A stretch of DNA of 63,744 nucleotides, counting the filler, from Octopus bimaculoides (lineage: Eukaryota), in NCBI RefSeq assembly GCF_001194135.2. It is 11 parts of 10 records of this genome, joined end to end, with 100 filler letters (N's around TTAATTAATTAA, not from the genome) between each part and the next. Parts side by side here need not be neighbours in the genome. Positions count along the whole stretch, not along the records: positions 14,285 to 38,618 come from NC_068985.1; 10 more parts are not named here. One strand, 5' to 3'. This document shows positions 24,833-38,566 of this stretch, one piece after another. A program made the translations under genes and the position numbers. The stretch's first letter is position 1; the number at the start of each line of letters is the position of its first letter. Under the pieces are notes generated by a model. That model saw only the letters and a list, made by a program, of their open reading frames with translations. It ran no database searches and was not told the origin of the DNA.

Positions 24833-25655
24833 ACACACACACATACAGACACACACACACACACACACACACAGACACACACACACACGCACACACACAC
24901 ACACACACACACGCACACACACACTCACACGCACACACACGCATATATATGCACAAACACACGGAAAGTTATGCTCGTAAAGGAAATGTTCGTGTGTGGA
25001 CAGTGATGAAGCAGATAAAACAAGAAGGCAGTTGCGAAAAAATATTCAGGGGAGTTGAGGCTTGTTACGTCACTTATTCAAAACGATACTACTACTGAAA
25101 ACGCAATGCAATCGATATGCGGATAAATATTTCGGGTGGATACTGGAACACTGTTTAATAACCAGACGGATGGGACGGTTAGATGCGTTGCTGTTATTGC
25201 TGCTGCTGCTGTTGCTGCTGTTGCTGGTATTTCTGTTTGCTGCTGTATGCTCGGATTGTTTGTTGTTACGATGTGTATGACTAAGTTTACAACGAAGAAA
25301 CAAAAAATTGTAACGCCCACCTAACGCGTTAATTTACGCAACATTCGGACAAATTATAACACATTTAAGAGCTTATACTATATATATATATCTATATACA
25401 TATATATATATATATATATATANNNNNNNNNNNNNNNNNNNNNNNNNNNNNNNNNNNNNNNNNNNNNNNNNNNNNNNNNNNNNNNNNNNNNNNNNNNNNN
25501 NNNNNNNNNNNNNNNNNNNNNNNNNNNNNNNNNNNNNNNNNNNNNNNNNNNNNNNNNNNNNNNNNNNNNNNNNNNNNNNNNNNNNNNNNNNNATTATATA
25601 TTATACATACATATATATGTGCATATATGTGTATGTGTCTGTGTATGTATATATG

Positions 25656-25983
25656 TGAAGGCGCATGGTTCAGTGGTTAGAGCGTCGAGCTTACGATCAT
25701 GAGGTTGTGAGTTCGAATGCCGCGCTACGTGTTACGTTCTTGAGCAAGACACTTTATTTCACGTTGCTCCAGTTCACACAACTGCAGAAATGAGATGCGA
25801 CGTCACAGGTACCAAGCTGTATCGGCCTTTGCCTTTTCCTTGAATAACACTGGTGGCGTGGAGAGGGGAGGCTTGTATGCATAGGCGACTGCTGGTCTTC
25901 CATAAACAACCTTGTCCGGACTTGTGCCTCGGAAGGTAACTTTCTAGGTGCAATCCCTTGGTCAGTCATGACCGAATGAGGTC
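25656..25983 (+). mobile_element. CORE-type tRNA SINE (family C), near full length
   Basis: A-box-like ggttcagtggttagagc, B-box gttcgaatgc, CORE-like ttcttgagcaagacacttta, 3' gtcatgaccgaatgaggtctc. Confidence 0.9.
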
Positions 25984-26019
25984 TCATATATATATATATA
26001 TATATATATTGGGAGAAAA

Positions 26020-26375
26020 TAAAGCAACAGGCGAAGACAGGTGGTGAAGAAAACAAATATATGCATTAGTATAACGCTCGGGAATTGAACATTTTTTTAA
26101 CGTTTCGAGCCTACGCTCTATCACAGAAAGGAACACAGAAAGAAACAAGGAGAGAAAAAATGCGTATATACATACATATACGTACATACCTACATATGCA
26201 TGTATAATATATACACACAGATATGGGTACAGGACATCAAAATAACGTTAAACACAATGAGAAACGAAAACATGGAAAACGAACTTTTTTCGAACAACGA
26301 AAAAACAACACACAGAGAAACGAGACATGCAACATAAAGAATGTTCCTCTTCATCAGTTGTCCCTGTTTCATCTA
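26020..26375 (-). mobile_element. Penelope-like terminal-repeat (pLTR-like) sequence with degenerate hammerhead motif at 26092-26130
   Basis: Minus ctgtgatagagcgtaggctcgaaacgtt...cccgagcgttatactaat...caccacctgtc matches 52800-52950; the second module (ctgatgaagagg...gtcctgtaccc) matches 53040-53215 and 60373-60560. Confidence 0.6.
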
Positions 26376-26384
26376 CTCCGCGTT

Positions 26385-26580
26385 TCGATGCGCAGGTGTG
26401 GCTGTGTGGTAAGTAGCTTGCTTTCCAATCACATGGCTTCGGTTTCAGTCCAACTGCGTGGAACCTTGGGCAAGTGTCTTCTATATCCTCGGGCTGACCA
26501 AAGCCTTTTAAGTGGATTTGGTAGGCGGAAGCTGAAAGGATCCCGTCGTGTATATATTTCTGTGTGTGTCTGTGTCTTTG
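26385..26580 (+). mobile_element. SINE family A, 5' half
   Basis: gcgcaggtgtggctgtgtggtaagtagcttgc...ggtttcagtcc...accttgggcaagtgtcttc. Confidence 0.85.
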
Positions 26581-26589
26581 TGTCTGAAA

Positions 26590-26790
26590 TGTATAAAGAG
26601 TAAAATAATCTGTGGGTTTATAGAAGTCTGTTTCGAGATGGTTATTGACTATTTTAATCAGGATGTCAAGAAAAGGGAGTTGTTTATTGCTGTGCTCCAT
26701 GGTGAATTGTGCGTTGCTATTAATATTGTTAACCATTATTGTGAAATCCAGGAGTTTGTCCATGCTATCTTTCCAAGGTATAAACCAACC
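26590..26790 (-). pseudogene. Penelope-like reverse transcriptase fragment (thumb region)
   Basis: FIPWKDSMDKLLDF...NNINSNAQFTMEHSNKQLPFLDILIKIVNNHLETDFYKPTD matches the PLE motif IxFTxE...LPFLD...YxKPTD. Confidence 0.8.
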
Positions 26791-27451
26791 TATATATATA
26801 TATATATATACATACATACATAAATAGATAAACGTATACACACATACATATACATATATATATATGATATCAAATTCCTCTTTATGAGAACGGGTGTTTG
26901 AAAAGAGTAATTGAGAGCATTCACAAACTAGTAAAAACGTCTTCCCTAAAAATTTAGTGACTTCCTGATAAAAGATGTTTTAAAAGATAGTCTAAAAAAA
27001 TTCACCTATACACTTCAAAACTGTATTACTTCTCCTAGACTTCCATATATATANNNNNNNNNNNNNNNNNNNNNNNNNNNNNNNNNNNNNNNNNNNNNNN
27101 NNNNNNNNNNNNNNNNNNNNNNNNNNNNNNNNNNNNNNNNNNNNNNNNNNNNNNNNNNNNNNNNNNNNNNNNNNNNNNNNNNNNNNNNNNNNNNNNNNNN
27201 NNNNNNNNNNNNNNNNNNNNNNNNNNNNNNNNNNNNNNNNNNNNNNNNNNNNNNNNNNNNNNNNNNNNNNNNNNNNNNNNNNNNNNNNNNNNNNNNNNNN
27301 NNNNNNNNNNNNNNNNNNNNNNNNNNNNNNNNNNNNNNNNNNNNNNNNNNNNNNNNNNNNNNNNNNNNNNNNNNNNNNNNNNNNNNNNNNNNNNNNNNNN
27401 NNNNNNNNNNNNNNNNNNNNNNNNNNNNNNNNNNNNNNNNNNNNNNNNNNN

Positions 27452-27712
27452 AGCCCGTTGTATATATGTATATATATATGTATGTGTGTATATGTTTGTG
27501 TGTCTGTGTTTGTGCCCCCAACATCGCTTGACAACCGATGCTGGTGTGTTTATGTCCCCGTAACTTAGCGGTTCGGCAAAACAGACCGATAGAATAAGTA
27601 CTAGGCTTCTAAAGAATACGTCCTGGGGTCGATTTGCTCGACTAAGGCGGTGCTCCAGCATGGCCACAGTCAAAAGACTGAAACAAGTAAAAGAGTAAAA
27701 GAGTAAAAGAAT
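27452..27712 (+). mobile_element. SINE family A, 3' half with (AGTAAAAG)n tail
   Basis: agcccgttgtata...aacatcgcttgacaaccgatg...gactgaaacaagtaaaagagtaaaagagtaaaaga. Confidence 0.9.
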
Positions 27713-29160
27713 ATATATATATGTATATATATACATATGTATATATATAGCATGATGCAAGAAATAGTTTCGTGTTCGATTTCAATTGCTTTCTAACTTT
27801 TGTTGGGAAAATGTATTCTATCGTAGCCAACAGTGGAACCATACACTGTGTATGAAAATGGGCTGTAGGGAACCGTTTTGAATTTGTTAGTGGTGTGGAC
27901 TGTAACCTCCAATTTAAAGGTAAAGCTCGGGAATAATTTATCATTTACAATAAGGTTACACGTGTCTGTGGTATACTTAGTCATATTGTATGGCTATTCA
28001 ATGAGTAGCTCGGTGAAAAACCGAAGGCACCAGAAGAAAGGAAGCATTCCACGGAAATTTATTCGTCCTTGTTTCAGTGTTCGTGTATGCTATGTTCTCT
28101 TCAAGCCCCTCTCGTCAAGTGTGCTATTTAGAATCTGTTTAGACTATAGATGCTAGACATCCTTTTACAATCTTCCGCTCTGCTAAATAAGGGAACAGAA
28201 AAATTTAAAAAATGATTGAACATTGCGAAATTGGCTTCAAGCGCGATATGCCGACCTAAAATCTTGTTTCAAGAACGTGAGTATAACGTAAAGCACAGGG
28301 CTACCAAGACCCCCTCCGGAACCTAAGGAACAACCTTATATCTGACAGCTTTCAGCGCAAAATCGGAGAGACGCAGACATGCATTAATGTGTTAAACTGT
28401 GCAGGTTCTTTGTAGCCGAAGAAGTAAACATATTTATTAGATAAAGGAACTACTCGAAATATTTGAATCGTTTACGCAAGGTATGTACCTTGATAAGTTT
28501 CTATTATTGTACTGGAAGACGCCTCAGCAGACATGCCATACAGCTTAACGCACTTTAGCCATTCTCTCATTAAATCACTCCCACCCACTAAGGATAGGTT
28601 TTTAGATGGCAACACAACAACAAATCACATTAAACTCTCAACGTTAACGACGTTCTGCATTTAGTATGTTATATGTCTTGAATAACACACTTAACCTGGT
28701 TATGCTTATTTAATTCTTCTTTTCTTTTTATACCCACTTCCTCTAGCGAGGCACTTCTAATCATTTGAGTTTCTCCATTGCATAACCTGATGTGTCGTGT
28801 TTTAAAATTTTATTTAAATTATTATTTATGCGATTATATAATTGTTAATTTGTTACATAATAGTAAGTCTCTAGCCACTAATTTGTGCCCCAACATCAAT
28901 AGCAACCGCTGTCATTTGTATTTACATTATGCTTTCTAAGTTCTACTAAGGTTATCACGTCTTTGCATACTTAGACGATTTTTAACATTTTGGCTACAAC
29001 AGACTTGAGTTTTTCAGGAGACCAACCGGCCTTAACTATGTTTTCTCTTAATTCTTTATATTTGTCGTTGATGTTTCACCCTACCACACGTCCTCCTGGC
29101 TTCATATACTCTTATACTTCTCTTTTTTGTCTATCGAACGGTTGATCATTATATTGCTGC

Positions 29161-29578
29161 TAGGAGTAGGAGTGGCTGTGTGGTAAGTAACTTACTAACG
29201 AACCACATGGTTCCGGGTTCAGTCCCACTGCGTGGCACCTTGGGAAAATGTCTTCTACTATAGCCTCAGGCCGATCAAAGTCTTGTGAGTGGATTTGGTA
29301 GACGGAAACTGAAAGAAGCCCGTCGTATATATGTATAGGCATATATGTATGTATATGTGTGTATATGTTTTTGTGTTTGTGTTTGCTCCCCCAACATCGT
29401 TTGACGACCGATGCTAGTGTGCTAATGTCACCGTAACTTAGCGGTTCGGCAAAACAGACCGATAGAATAAGTACTAGGCTTACAAAGAATAAGTCCTGAG
29501 GTCGATTTGCTCGACTAAAGGCGGTGCTCCAGCATGGCCACTGTCAAATGACTGAAACATGTAAAAGAGTAAAAGAGA
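29161..29578 (+). mobile_element. SINE family A, full length
   Basis: tRNA-like head (gggttcagtccc), CORE-like accttgggaaaatgtctt, internal TA/TG microsatellite, 3' tail gtaaaagagtaaaaga. Confidence 0.9.
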
Positions 29579-31789
29579 TATCTATCTCACCGACCATCGT
29601 CTCCGAATTTTTGGTTCTCTCTAATTTTTCACTCTACATTTTCTTGTTCCATATAATATTTCAACTATTCCCTACCCAACCTATTATGTCATTCCCGTTC
29701 TTACTTTTAAACTTTCTCTCTGTTACCTATTTTCTTACTCTGACTCCCTCTCCTTGTATTGTGACGTTCTTTGTAATTATATATTTTCAGTACATTCAAC
29801 CGACAGATGAATATTATTTTCTTCCAATATTTCCTTCCAGTATTTGTGTAGGCGACACTATAATTTAGATTAGTTTTATTTCATACATATTCGCTTACAC
29901 GAATTTATTTTATATATATGTAATGCACAATGAGAAACAACCGTAAATTATTGTTTGGATTCTTTTTTCTTTTATCTGTAATGTCAGAGTATGTGTTCTC
30001 CAGAGAGCTACCTATCTTTGAAGAAATACTATGAAGGATTACCACGAATTTTCCTCTTTCTTAGGAATATTCGAGAATAAGATTTTCGGATATATATACC
30101 AATTTTTGAAGAATTACGATACACTTTCGTTTTCCTGCTGTTATCAGTTCTCGTGCTTTCTGGTTAAATTATATTTATCCTCAATTCTCTGTAACTATTT
30201 TATGAACGCTTTCACGCCATTAACAATCGCCTGTCCATCTTTTAATTTACTACACTTTCAATAGCTCAAATAACATATGGTGCTTGCTAGATTCCGTCGT
30301 CTATAGTTTGATGTTGGATCTTATGTATTACATTCCGTCTGAGAACTAATATTTGTCTATGCAGCATACTCTTTTGACGTACAATTATGCAGTATATGCA
30401 CATAGGAAATACTTATATAATTTTCTGATCTGGTGATGTTCGTATTCTGAAAATAAGAAATAATACAATGTTAATAGTATAATAGTACATAGACGTTTAC
30501 TTTATTTAATGACCTGGTCAGAGTAGATTAGTCTAGCTTCACATGTTAAATATTTAACCGATTGATTAACAATAAGAGGTTATATATTGAATTACTACGT
30601 GTATTTGTAATTATTGGTGTAATGACCCTCCCAAGACACAACAAATTTCATAAATGAAGAAATCATGAATTACGGTGGAATAAATCTATATACAGTGGTT
30701 ATAAAAATGGAAGCGACGGAATGAGTGAAGAAAGAAGGAACCGCGGCGATAAATAGACATGAAGAATGCAAGAGTGAACAATTAAGTGGAGTCGGACGGA
30801 AAAAAGTAGGAGAATCGTGCAGTTTGCGTAGCACGGAACAAGGAAAGAGAGAGCCATTACTGACATTGATGGACATGAAGATATAGCGGACAGGAGATGT
30901 ATTATGGCTAAAGGAGGATTCAAAATGAGACATAATGGTTACATTTTGACCGTGTGTGAGTGTATATCACAGTTCCAAAGTTCATTCAACTGCTTAATCA
31001 TTTGATAAAGCGAAAGAGAATATAACAAGGGGTAACTGTATGTTGGGATTTTGTAAACTTGTGCTCCGTTGAGACGGTTCCAAATATTATTTCCGAAATT
31101 TCTTCAATGCCTTGATAGCTGAGTGCATAACGCTAATTTGTAATTTGGAAGTTCAAGTATAATTAGTATGGTGTCCATAACACTTCAGCTGTAGTTTGAC
31201 TAAGTTCAAATTGTTTCAATTTGGCCAATGAGATAAACCTTGTCCTTTATGATGTAACCTATATTAATAGAGATTTATTTATAAGGCCCTACCATCCCTA
31301 TCAACCCGAAGACCTTCAGTTTTGCTTGATCTATTCTTGCAGAGCGTTCAAATTAAAACATCTACTTAAAAGAAAAAAACATGTCATAATGCTTCGTTAT
31401 TCCTTTTGTATCAAACTCATACAGTATTGTGTGTAGTTCTTTGGAACCCTGCACTTTATTCTATAAATGATTCATATGTGATTTATGAAAGCAGATTTCT
31501 TTCCAAATGTACATACTGAAATTCAAATTAATTTTTTATATGATTCTTAGCATTCCCCAAACATTGCTTCGCATTTCGATGTTGGCATTTCATAAGTTAC
31601 TCTGCGATTATTCTGCAAAGTGAGTGAATTCAGCAAAGGCCTTATTTGTATAGTCTTATATAAAGTAGATTTAACTTATTGATTTTCGAAATGAGACTTA
31701 ATTCTATAGATATGTTCCTTTTTATTTTTAGTTGTTTTGGGGTAGCAAATTCTAGTAGTTGAGGTGTAGCAACCACGATCGCGAGATCG

Positions 31790-31990
31790 CGATTTCATGG
31801 CTCGTGGTTTCACTGTTGGAGAGCGTTAGGCGTTGTGTTCTTGAGCAAGATGTTTCATGTCATGTTTCTCTGCGATTACCTCAATATCTGACGTGTGGGT
31901 CAACTTGCAGCTGTTCAGGCAACGTTTGTTTGAAATAACGAGTGAGCTAATGTACTACGCAAACTTTTGATCACTTTCCCACCAAATCAT
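31790..31990 (+). mobile_element. Diverged CORE-type SINE
   Basis: gcgttgtgttcttgagcaagatgtttcat CORE-like box. Confidence 0.5.
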
Positions 31991-32102
31991 TGTGAAAAAA
32001 CATTACAAAACTTCTTTTTCGGATTATGAGAGACCATCATCATGATTTTCAGCTTGTAGACAATATTCCAGTCTACTAAAATGCATTTGCATGGAATATC
32101 GG

Positions 32103-32133
<31 letters not shown>

Positions 32134-32864
32134 NNNNNNNNNNGTTGTCTACAATGTTTCTTTTTAATGTAAAGGGGAAAAAAATGAAAGAAATCAAGAA
32201 AACTTACGGAATAGTCTACAACATTTTTCCATCAGATTTTTTTCATTTGAAAATACACGTTTTCGTCAAAGATATTTGCAGCATAAATATTATTGGTAGA
32301 AAGTGGAAAAATAAAAGAAATAAAACGAATCTTGGGCTAGTTTCATGAGTAATTTAGCACCTCACCACGGGGTCAACAGTAGACTGAGGAAATAATATTT
32401 TCTTAATAAAGCATAAAGTCTCAAGTTGATAAAATAGGCGGGAAAACGAATTGTTTTACAATCTCAGAAGCACTAGAAACATAAAAGGAGAGATTCCAGC
32501 AGTGAATTTCTAATCATGCTGAGGTCACAGTTTGCCGATAATTTATACCAGCACTCTGGCGGTCGCCAATGTAATCCATCACAGTGTGACAACACTTGTA
32601 GTCAAGCAAACCATTTAATCATTACTCATTATTCTTGTCTTTTGTCTCAAATCATAACTGTGATATCGCTAAACAATTCCATATTTTTACGTATGCAGTG
32701 TACCGCCTTGGGTATATACACAAACAAACACACACATACACACGCTCTTACACACACGCATACGCACACACATATCAATGTTTTATTGTATGTGAAGTTA
32801 TGTATATAAAACATATAACATTAAATTAAAGGATCGTGTAATGCCTACCGGCATTGCTTCTTGT

Positions 32865-33315
32865 TCTTTAGGTACGGGTTTCAAATTCTGCCCGAGGTCG
32901 AATTGGCCTTTCATACTTTTAGGTTCGTTAAGATAAGTACCTTTATACTATAGGCACAAGGCCTGAAATGTTGGGGTAGGGGACTAGTCGATTACATCGA
33001 CCACGGTATTTCACTGGTATTTATTTTACCGACCCTGAAATGATGAAAGGCAATGTCGACCTCTGCGGAATTTGAACTCAGAACGTAGTGACAGGCGAAA
33101 TAGTACTAAGCATTGTTTTCTACTGTAGGCACAAGGCCTGAAATGTTTGGGGAAGTGTCCAGTCGATTAGATCGACCCCCGTATGCAACTTGAACTTGAT
33201 TTATTGATTCCGAAAGGATGAAAGGCAAAGTCGACCTCGGCGGAATTTGAACTCAGAACGAAGCGACGGGCGAAATACCGCTAAGCGATTTCGTCCAGCG
33301 AGCTAACGATTCTTA
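32865..33315 (-). mobile_element. Cluster of family M SINEs (one plus-strand fragment, two tandem minus-strand copies)
   Basis: Minus copies: ctactgtaggcacaaggcctgaaatg...gtcgattagatcgacc...gaaaggatgaaaggcaaagtcgacctcggcggaatttgaactcagaacg. The central cctttcatcctttcggggtcgataaa box resembles the Meta/MESC SINE domain (from memory; needs checking). Confidence 0.85.
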
Positions 33316-34319
33316 AAAGTGCTGGCTTTGCCCCAAAATTATTTAAACCATTTTTGCAGCCTCAAGAACGAGTGCACTTTTGGCCTCGCTTTGTGTCACA
33401 TATCTCTGAAATATTTTCCAAAATATTAACTGCAACTACACGCTCATTGATAAATCTACAATAATGACCAAAATAATGTTGAATATGAAAGTATTTTTGA
33501 AATCATTTCAGTCTTGCCTCATGTGCTTCATGTTAACAGTTGTATATCTTTGCACGTTGCTGTTACTGACTTATGACTGTAGCTATAATTCATGCAATAA
33601 AAACCAGATTTTGCGTAATGCAAGGGTATAGGCAACATATTGCGAGTGAAAGGTGTCAATTTTCTCAATATGAAGAAAAGCATATAATTAAAACGTGTTT
33701 TTTATACGTTTCGCTAACTGCAATGAAACATTAACCGGAATCATATAACTTCGTCTATATAGTAATACGCACCATACAGTTTTAGATGAATTGACATTAG
33801 AGTTTGGCAAGTTATTTGAAAGAAAACTGCCATATACATTAAACGCATTATATAAACATATTTGTTTTCTTCCTTATATCATCTCAATGACCCGTATTCA
33901 GGTATAACTATCCGTCACATTTAGAAAATATTTTCATTAATAAAAAAACGTTTTTATTTTGTGGCAGGAATATTTCTTATATTTGTAATATTGGAAGGAT
34001 ATATAGTCGAGCCAATACATTCCTTGTACTTATATTACCGACACGTTCTGTTTATGTACTCAAAAGTTTCAACGGTGTAACTAAATCCTAAAATTATTAA
34101 GGTTGGCACGCTATCATTTCTTCCACTCCACCCTAATGTTAATGATAATGTCTTTACAACACGTTGTAATGCATTTAAAAATGTTGTGACATCTCCACGG
34201 TAGTTTTCACATTATCACTGTTTTTTTTTTAATGCAACAATTTACTGGTGCGAACTGAAAAAAAAGATCAATAGAAACATAGAAACATACACGATTCTAT
34301 ATGTTCTGATGCTACATTG

Positions 34320-34490
34320 GTGTCAGATTTTGGATCAAGATTAACAGTTTCGGGTGAGGGTTAAGTCGGTTATATCGACGTTAGTGTTCAAATGGCACTT
34401 ATTTAATCGGCCACAAAGTGGATCAAAGGCCGAGTCGGCATTCAGCCGAATTTGAACTCAGAACGTAAAGACTGCTAAGTATTTTGCCAA
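34320..34490 (-). mobile_element. SINE family M, diverged
   Basis: gccgaatttgaactcagaacgtaaagactgctaag. Confidence 0.7.
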
Positions 34491-34894
34491 GCATATATTA
34501 TGATGTAATATTAGAGTAAATTCATTGCGGAGAAAGCGCAAAGGTTGTAATAGTTGTAGAATCTGAACGTTGGTGAGATTCATAACTCTAAAACTATGCT
34601 TCAACGTCAGTACGATACTATTTGCAAGAAAAAAAAACCGGCTGCAGGTGGCAATTATAGTGGATAGGAACAGTGAGAATTATGCAGTGGACTAGAAGAT
34701 TAGTGTACGCTCTCGAAGATGTAGAAATATAAAAGGACTGAAATAAACGGGTGTGGATGGTGAGAATAACAATATAGCTTCAGAAAAGCATAGACTGTTG
34801 TAATAGCGATAATTTGCTAAGAAAATTAACTGTCGGTGACGTAGTTTCGTGATTTCGTGATGGAATCATTTGAATGGTCAGATTTTGGATGGAT

Positions 34895-35200
34895 ACATAC
34901 TGGGATTTGTCCGATATGAGGAAGAAGGTTCCAGTTGATCCAATCAAGGGAACAGGATGATCGTGGAAGTATCTTGCATGCAACTGAGCACTCTACAGAC
35001 ATACGTAGGTTTAACGTAGTTCTTAGGGATATTCAGCGTGAGACAAATTTCGACAAGGCCCTTTGAATTACAGGTACTGTTCATTATTCCGAGCTGAGGG
35101 GACTGGAACAATATGAAATAAAATTTCTTGCTCAAGGATACAACGCGCCACTAGGCATCGAATGCTCGGACTTACAATCTTAAGCCGAATATTCTAACCT
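34895..35200 (-). mobile_element. SINE family B, diverged
   Basis: ggttccagttgatccaatc...taacgtagttcttagggatattcagcgtga...aaatttcttgctcaagg. Confidence 0.75.
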
Positions 35201-35512
35201 CGTTATCACATGGATATTAACCAGAATATTCGTGTTAACTAGCAGCACTATCTCGTATTCGTAGGTAGTATACGAATTTAGTACACACTTGAGTTTTGTT
35301 AGAACCGAAATATTTGATGAGCTTTTTTTCTTTTAAAAAAAAGCATAGTTTTTAAATTTAGGCCCGTAGATCAGTTGGCGAAAGCTTCTAGTCTCCAGCC
35401 TGTTGTCGCAAGCTATTTTTAATCTATTGATTTTTCTGACTCAAGAAATTGAAGATCTGCAGGTAAATATGCAACCTTAATTTCTTTCGCTTAAAGTATT
35501 ACATATAAGATC

Positions 35513-35563
<51 letters not shown>

Positions 35564-36329
35564 TAGAGAACATGTTTCTGAAAAGAATTGTATTGTGGGA
35601 GAATCTAGAAAGTGTCCTCGAATGACATGAAAGAAATTCGCGGTTTCAGTTTGCTTTGATCATAGGGATGAAACTCTGTCCTGTTAGAATATATAAAGTT
35701 TTCAAGTCTGCATTGGAAGGTGCTCAAAGGAATTGTGTGAAATATTGATATTTACATATCTTAACGCAATAATGTTGCATACCATTAACTATACAGACTT
35801 TACGTACAAAATCTGAAGAAAGCAGACGATAATTTGCTTCAAATACTTACGCATATTTACAAATACCTCATGCCTAACGAAGACCTAGTATTATATTTTA
35901 AGGAAAACAAAAATATATATGCTCACAACTGGAAGTTGAACCATGTTGGAGGTAAACGCATTAGCAAGCTACATGAATACATGATTATTAAAATAGAATT
36001 AGAAAAGACATCCTTGTTGTGTATATCAACGATATTTTATCTTTATTATATTCTCATTTACTAAAATGCCACAGGTCTTCAATAAATCTTTTGTAAGTAG
36101 AAGTTCTCTACAGAGGCTAGCGATTCTGTTGCTGGGTCTGAAGGACGTCAAATAACTGGTAATGAAAGGCTAATTGTGTCCTTGCCTGTGTATTTCCAAA
36201 TCTAATTCGGTATGTAATTTCACTCTATCCACGTAATTATCTGTTTCATTTCCCCACTGTCTCCATGTGTGTGTATATGCGTGCGTGTATATATATATAT
36301 ATATATATATATAATTATGATGATAATAT

Positions 36330-36560
36330 TAGGGATAAAAATCCAAATTTACGGGTAAAAATTCAACTTAATTTAATTTATCAAAATTAAAATCAAATTA
36401 AGTTTCACAATATATAATATATAAATATATAATTTAGAGAAAAGAACCACAAAAGATGAAGGCTGGAGGGTATATCCGCCGACACGTTGTGTTAACAACA
36501 AACAAGATGAGGACAAATATCCGTCGAATATAAATAATGTAAATAATGAACTCCGGAATA
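36330..36560 (+). mobile_element. Penelope-like terminal repeat with decayed hammerhead
   Basis: gatgaaggctggagggtatatccgccgacacgttgtgttaacaacaaacaagatgaggacaaatatccgtc; same family as 46545-46632 and 47620-47700. Confidence 0.6.
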
Positions 36561-37129
36561 GATGTCATCTGTGTTGAAGTACTACAAGAGAGTGGTGAGT
36601 GCATGGAAGATCACTTGTTTAATATGTTAGAGAAAATTATTAAATTTATTATAAACACAAAGCCCACCACCACCACCACCATCACTAGATGTGTGCCCAT
36701 TTTTTATCCTAAACTTAATATATGAGCAGGGTGACAGGCAAATAGACAGTCTTCAACCCCCAAAACAATACATGGCAAGTTTTTCTTATAAAAATGGAAA
36801 ATATTTCATTAGAATCCTCTTTAACAGAATGACAAAATCAACCGAAAAAAGGCTTGAACGTGTCACTAGTTTTTGAGCTAGCAACCGCATTGTTGAAACC
36901 AGTTTTAGATAAACGTACGTCATTTAGCTTTATATTTTGCTCTTCGTCATTTTCAGAATCCTCTTAGAATTTTCCCCGAACGAAATTAAATACTTAAATA
37001 AAAAGCAGATTCTCAGTGGTTCCCTATCCATTCATATTAGACATAGTACTAAAACGAAGCTAAGATGCGTGGCTGTATGATAAATTGCCAATATTAAATG
37101 TCAAATGAGACGTGTACAAAACGGTGCAT

Positions 37130-37720
37130 AAAATGCGGCGTGATATGTAAGATACTATCAAATAACAAGAAAATATTTACTCTGGAGAATGGTTCGAAAT
37201 CGAAACACATCACATAATCTGCGATTCTCAGAGTATATTACCAAACTGATTAGAAGACCCGAGAAAACGTACTGCACTGGTACCTTCGACCTCTATAACA
37301 TTGAAGAAACATGATCCGTATCATGCGATATACCAGCAAGCAACACACAATTAGGCTGTACAATCATATTATACTTCTAATCACAACCTACGCATCGGAA
37401 AAGGGAGCTGTAAAATGTGAAGATACACGCAGACAAAAATATTTGAATTGTGGTATTTGTGGTTTATACCCAGGGTATCATTTCAAGACATGTTGGAAAT
37501 ACTTCCTCAAGGAAAAACTTTCACATGACATTCAACATTACCGAGATAATAAGTAGGAAGAGATACAATCGTTTGACTTCGTGATAAGACGGTTACACCC
37601 AACAAATTCGAAACACTTGTAGTCGTCCAAGACCTTACCCAAATCCAGGGTATATAGCAGACTTCATAGATCTGAAGCTCGAAACAGCGGAAGAGAAATC
37701 GTACGATGCAAGTAGGTGGC
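37130..37720 (+). pseudogene. Decayed RTE-like LINE, C-terminal part of ORF
   Basis: IRLYNHIILLITTYASEK..VKCEDTRR / IFELWYLW..RVSFQD / ITEIISRKR across frameshifts; typical of the RTE post-RT region. Confidence 0.6.
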
Positions 37721-37940
37721 GGCCCTCCAGATGTTGAGAGACCACTGTGCACTTAATATTCAAAACACATTCACATCCTCATACATATATACACCCCATA
37801 TATACACCCCGTATATACACCCCATATATAGACACGTGTAATAATCTTATTTCCAAACTGCATGGTTCTGAGTTCAACCTTCGGGCCAACTAAAGTCTTG
37901 TGAGAGGATTTGGTAGATGGAAAGTGAAAGAAACCCGTCC

Positions 37941-37995
<55 letters not shown>

Positions 37996-38039
37996 GTAGG
38001 AATTTTAGCCCAGCTGGAAACTCATCTCCTTCCTCCTTT

Positions 38040-38091
<52 letters not shown>

Positions 38092-38148
38092 GCAGCTGCT
38101 GTTGCTATTTGTGCTACCATTCCCACCACTGATAATAATAATAATAAT

Positions 38149-38275
38149 CGCGCACGTATGGTTGTGATGCATGTACCTGGTGTACCCTTATCGGACGGGT
38201 AGTCATGATGGGTAAACTACGCTTCGTATATTTTACCCCAGTGTCACTTTGATGGCATACACTGCTCTCTCACTC
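38149..38275 (+). mobile_element. TAA-array-nested non-coding element, 5'-truncated copy 1
   Basis: (aat)n|cgcgcacgtatggttgtgatgcatgtacctggtgtaccc...actgctctctcactc|(aat)n. Confidence 0.8.
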
Positions 38276-38311
<36 letters not shown>

Positions 38312-38312
38312 C

Positions 38313-38351
<39 letters not shown>

Positions 38352-38361
38352 GTAAGAATAA

Positions 38362-38426
<65 letters not shown>

Positions 38427-38431
<5 letters not shown>

Positions 38432-38566
38432 CCGGGGAAGTTTAACGAAATAACACCGGGGAAGTTTAACGAAATAACACCGGGGAAGTTTAAACAAATA
38501 ACACCGGGGAAGTTTAACGAAATAACACCGGGGAAGTTTAACGAAATAACACCGGGGAAGTTTAAC
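38427..38566. repeat. 24-bp minisatellite, ~6 copies
   Basis: Unit taacaccggggaagtttaacgaaa, directly continuing a (TAA)n array. Confidence 0.95.

Noticed and set aside
25656-25735. SINE heads as tRNA genes (also 24760-24832, 29161-29235)
   Set aside because: They have A/B-box-like motifs but no complete cloverleaf and continue into SINE CORE and tail sequences.
26330-26375. CTGATGAAG motif module (also ~53205, ~60432) as a hammerhead
   Set aside because: No GAAA in register after a pairing stem II, so it was kept only as a repeat.
38427-38566. 24-bp repeats as a CRISPR array
   Set aside because: No spacers, eukaryotic context, and no cas genes.
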